Positions 62,434 through 64,000 of a stretch of 64,000 nt of DNA are shown in pieces. Position numbers and translations under genes: made by a program. Source of the stretch: Phenylobacterium sp. GTDB lineage: Bacteria > Pseudomonadota > Alphaproteobacteria > Caulobacterales > Caulobacteraceae. The stretch is from NCBI RefSeq assembly GCF_030646615.1, contig NZ_JAUSLG010000023.1:17985-81984 (forward strand). The letters are read 5' to 3'. Within the stretch, counting starts at the first letter, position 1, and each line of letters starts with the position of its first letter. Below the pieces are notes generated by a model. That model searched no databases. It was not told where the DNA came from and was given only the letters and a program-made list of their open reading frames with translations.

Positions 62434-63378
62434 TCAGAGGGACTTGGCGAAGGCTTCGAGGTCGGCCGGCGCATTCAGCGGCGTCGCCTCGGCGTCCGGC
62501 GCGATGCGCTTGACCATGCCTGACAGCACCTTGCCGGCGCCGGCCTCGGCGAACCGGGTCACCCCGCCGGTCTCCACCAGCCAGGCGATGCTCTCGCGCC
62601 AGCGCACCCGGCCGGTCACCTGCTCCACCAGCAGGCGGCGGATCTCTTCCGGATCATGGACCGGGCGGGCGGTGACATTGGCCACCAGCGGGGCGCGGGG
62701 CGAGACGATGGTCGCGGCCGCCAGGGCCTCGGCCATCTCATCGGCGGCCGGCTGCATCAGGGGGCAATGGAAGGGCGCGGACACGTTCAGCGGAATGGCG
62801 CGGGCGCCCAGTTCCTTGGCCTTCTCGACCGCGCGATCGACGGCCGCCTTGGCGCCGGAGATCACCACATTGCCCTGGTTATTGTCGTTGGCCACGACGC
62901 AGACGCCCACCTCGGCGCCGGCCGCGGCGGCGGCCTCGGCCAGGGCGACATCGGTCTTGGGCCCGATCAGGGAGGCCATGGCGCCCTCGCCCACCGGCAC
63001 GGCCCGCTGCATGGCCTGGCCGCGCAGCTTCAGCAGGCGGGCGGTGTCGGCCAGGCTGATGGCGCCGGCGGCGGCCAGGGCGGAATATTCACCGAGGCTA
63101 TGGCCGGCCACGAAGGCGGCCTTGTCGACGCCCAGGCCAAACTCGTGCTCGAGCACCCGGGTGACCGCCAGGCTGACCGCCATCAGGGCCGGCTGGGCGT
63201 TCTCGGTGAGGGTCAGGTCGCCTTCGGGGCCATCGCGCATCAGGGCGAACAGCTTCTGTCCCAGGGCGTCGTCGACCTCCTGGAAAACCTCGCGGGCCGG
63301 CGCGAAGGCGGTGGCCAGGTCGACGCCCATGCCGATGGCCTGGCTGCCCTGGCCCGGGAAGATGAAGGCGAGGCTCAT
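62434..63378 (-). CDS. fabD: Malonyl CoA-ACP transacylase
   Basis: LAFIFPGQGSQAIGMG...VAGHSLGEYSALAAAG...APFHCPLM matches FabD. The start is trimmed to the ATG at 63378. Confidence 0.93.
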   Translation of the reverse strand: MSLAFIFPGQGSQAIGMGVDLATAFAPAREVFQEVDDALGQKLFALMRDGPEGDLTLTENAQPALMAVSLAVTRVLEHEFGLGVDKAAFVAGHSLGEYSALAAAGAISLADTARLLKLRGQAMQRAVPVGEGAMASLIGPKTDVALAEAAAAAGAEVGVCVVANDNNQGNVVISGAKAAVDRAVEKAKELGARAIPLNVSAPFHCPLMQPAADEMAEALAAATIVSPRAPLVANVTARPVHDPEEIRRLLVEQVTGRVRWRESIAWLVETGGVTRFAEAGAGKVLSGMVKRIAPDAEATPLNAPADLEAFAKSL

Positions 63379-63567
63379 GAGACTTGCGCTCCCTATCAAG
63401 GCGGCGTCCGGCTGGCGGCGCGCGCTCTGGTCGATTCCGAGCCGCGAGGGTTAGGGGATTAGTCCCAGGGCGGCAAGCGCGAGGCCTCGCCCCCGGGGTG
63501 ACGCGGCCGCTCCGATGAGTCAGACTCCGCAACCTTCTCCGCCCCAAAGGCCAGCCGGGAGCCGCCC

Positions 63568-64000
63568 GTGGACGACCGTCATCTGATCTACTTCGCCGAT
63601 CCCATGTGTTCGTGGTGCTACGGGTTCTGGCCGGTGATCGCGGCGGTCCGGGCGGCCTTCGGCGAGACCCTGCCGATCCGCCTGGTCATGGGCGGCCTGC
63701 GTCCCGGGGTCGCCGAGCCCATGACCGAGGCGGCCAAGGTCGAACTCCGCAGCCACTGGGTCCATGTGACCGAAGCCTCCGGCCAGAGTTTCAGCGATCA
63801 GGCCATGGCTCAGCCGGGCTTCACCTACGACACCGACCCGGCCGCCCGGGCCGTGGTGGTGATCCGCCGTGAGCGGCCGGATCTGGCCCTGGACTATCTG
63901 GGCGCCATCCAGCACGCCTTCTATGGCGAGGGGCGCGATGTGACCCAGGAACAGGTGCTGAGCGACATTCTGGCCGAGATCGTTCCGGGCGCCGATATCG
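63568..64000 (+). CDS. DsbA-family thioredoxin-fold protein (CSWC motif); the C-terminus runs off the right edge
   Basis: I translated this by hand from the GTG at 63568, with GGGAG 7 nt upstream. It reads VDDRHLIYFADPMCSWCYGFWPVIAAVRAAFGETLPIRLVMGGLRPG...AIQHAFYGEGRDVT. It is not in the track because it is open-ended. Confidence 0.7.
   Translation, partial: MDDRHLIYFADPMCSWCYGFWPVIAAVRAAFGETLPIRLVMGGLRPGVAEPMTEAAKVELRSHWVHVTEASGQSFSDQAMAQPGFTYDTDPAARAVVVIRRERPDLALDYLGAIQHAFYGEGRDVTQEQVLSDILAEIVPGADI

Overview
This 64 kb window is a high-GC chromosomal core segment from an alphaproteobacterium. Gene content and order look Caulobacterales-like, which is an inference from synteny only: hdaA-ppk1-ppx-rnd-purM, mucR, a motB unlinked from motA, nrdR-rib-nusB-thiL, yceD-plsX-fabH-ihfA-merR, pepA-holC, lptF-lptG-lptD-surA-pdxA-rsmA and fabD-fabG-acpP-fabF-mltG. 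I call about 65 protein-coding genes, one tRNA-Pro(GGG) and several rho-independent terminators. I see no rRNA, CRISPR array, transposase, integrase or prophage genes. Many long ORFs in the supplied track are Arg/Pro/Gly-rich shadow frames antisense to real genes, and I reject them. I do not see a multi-gene novel system. The only clearly accessory DNA is a visibly AT-richer islet of about 1.4 kb (about 31.44-32.85 kb) between a dodecin gene and hdaA. It holds one orphan 288-aa ORF whose N-terminus has an HNH-like zinc-finger nuclease signature (CxxC...EH...CxxCN) and whose C-terminal half I cannot assign, preceded by about 400 nt with no ORF of 60 aa or more. This is my best candidate for an undescribed single-gene defence or selfish nuclease module. 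Other anomalies are listed below.
- rpsI (ribosomal protein S9) has an in-frame TAG exactly where the conserved Tyr of the YF motif belongs.
- The riboflavin operon is trimmed: ribD has a reductase domain only, and there is no ribBA.
- A 51-nt nested perfect palindrome abuts the start of a mechanosensitive channel gene.
- Candidate FNR/FixK and DnaA boxes lie upstream of hemA and hdaA.
All product calls come from reading the translated ORFs. No database search was run.
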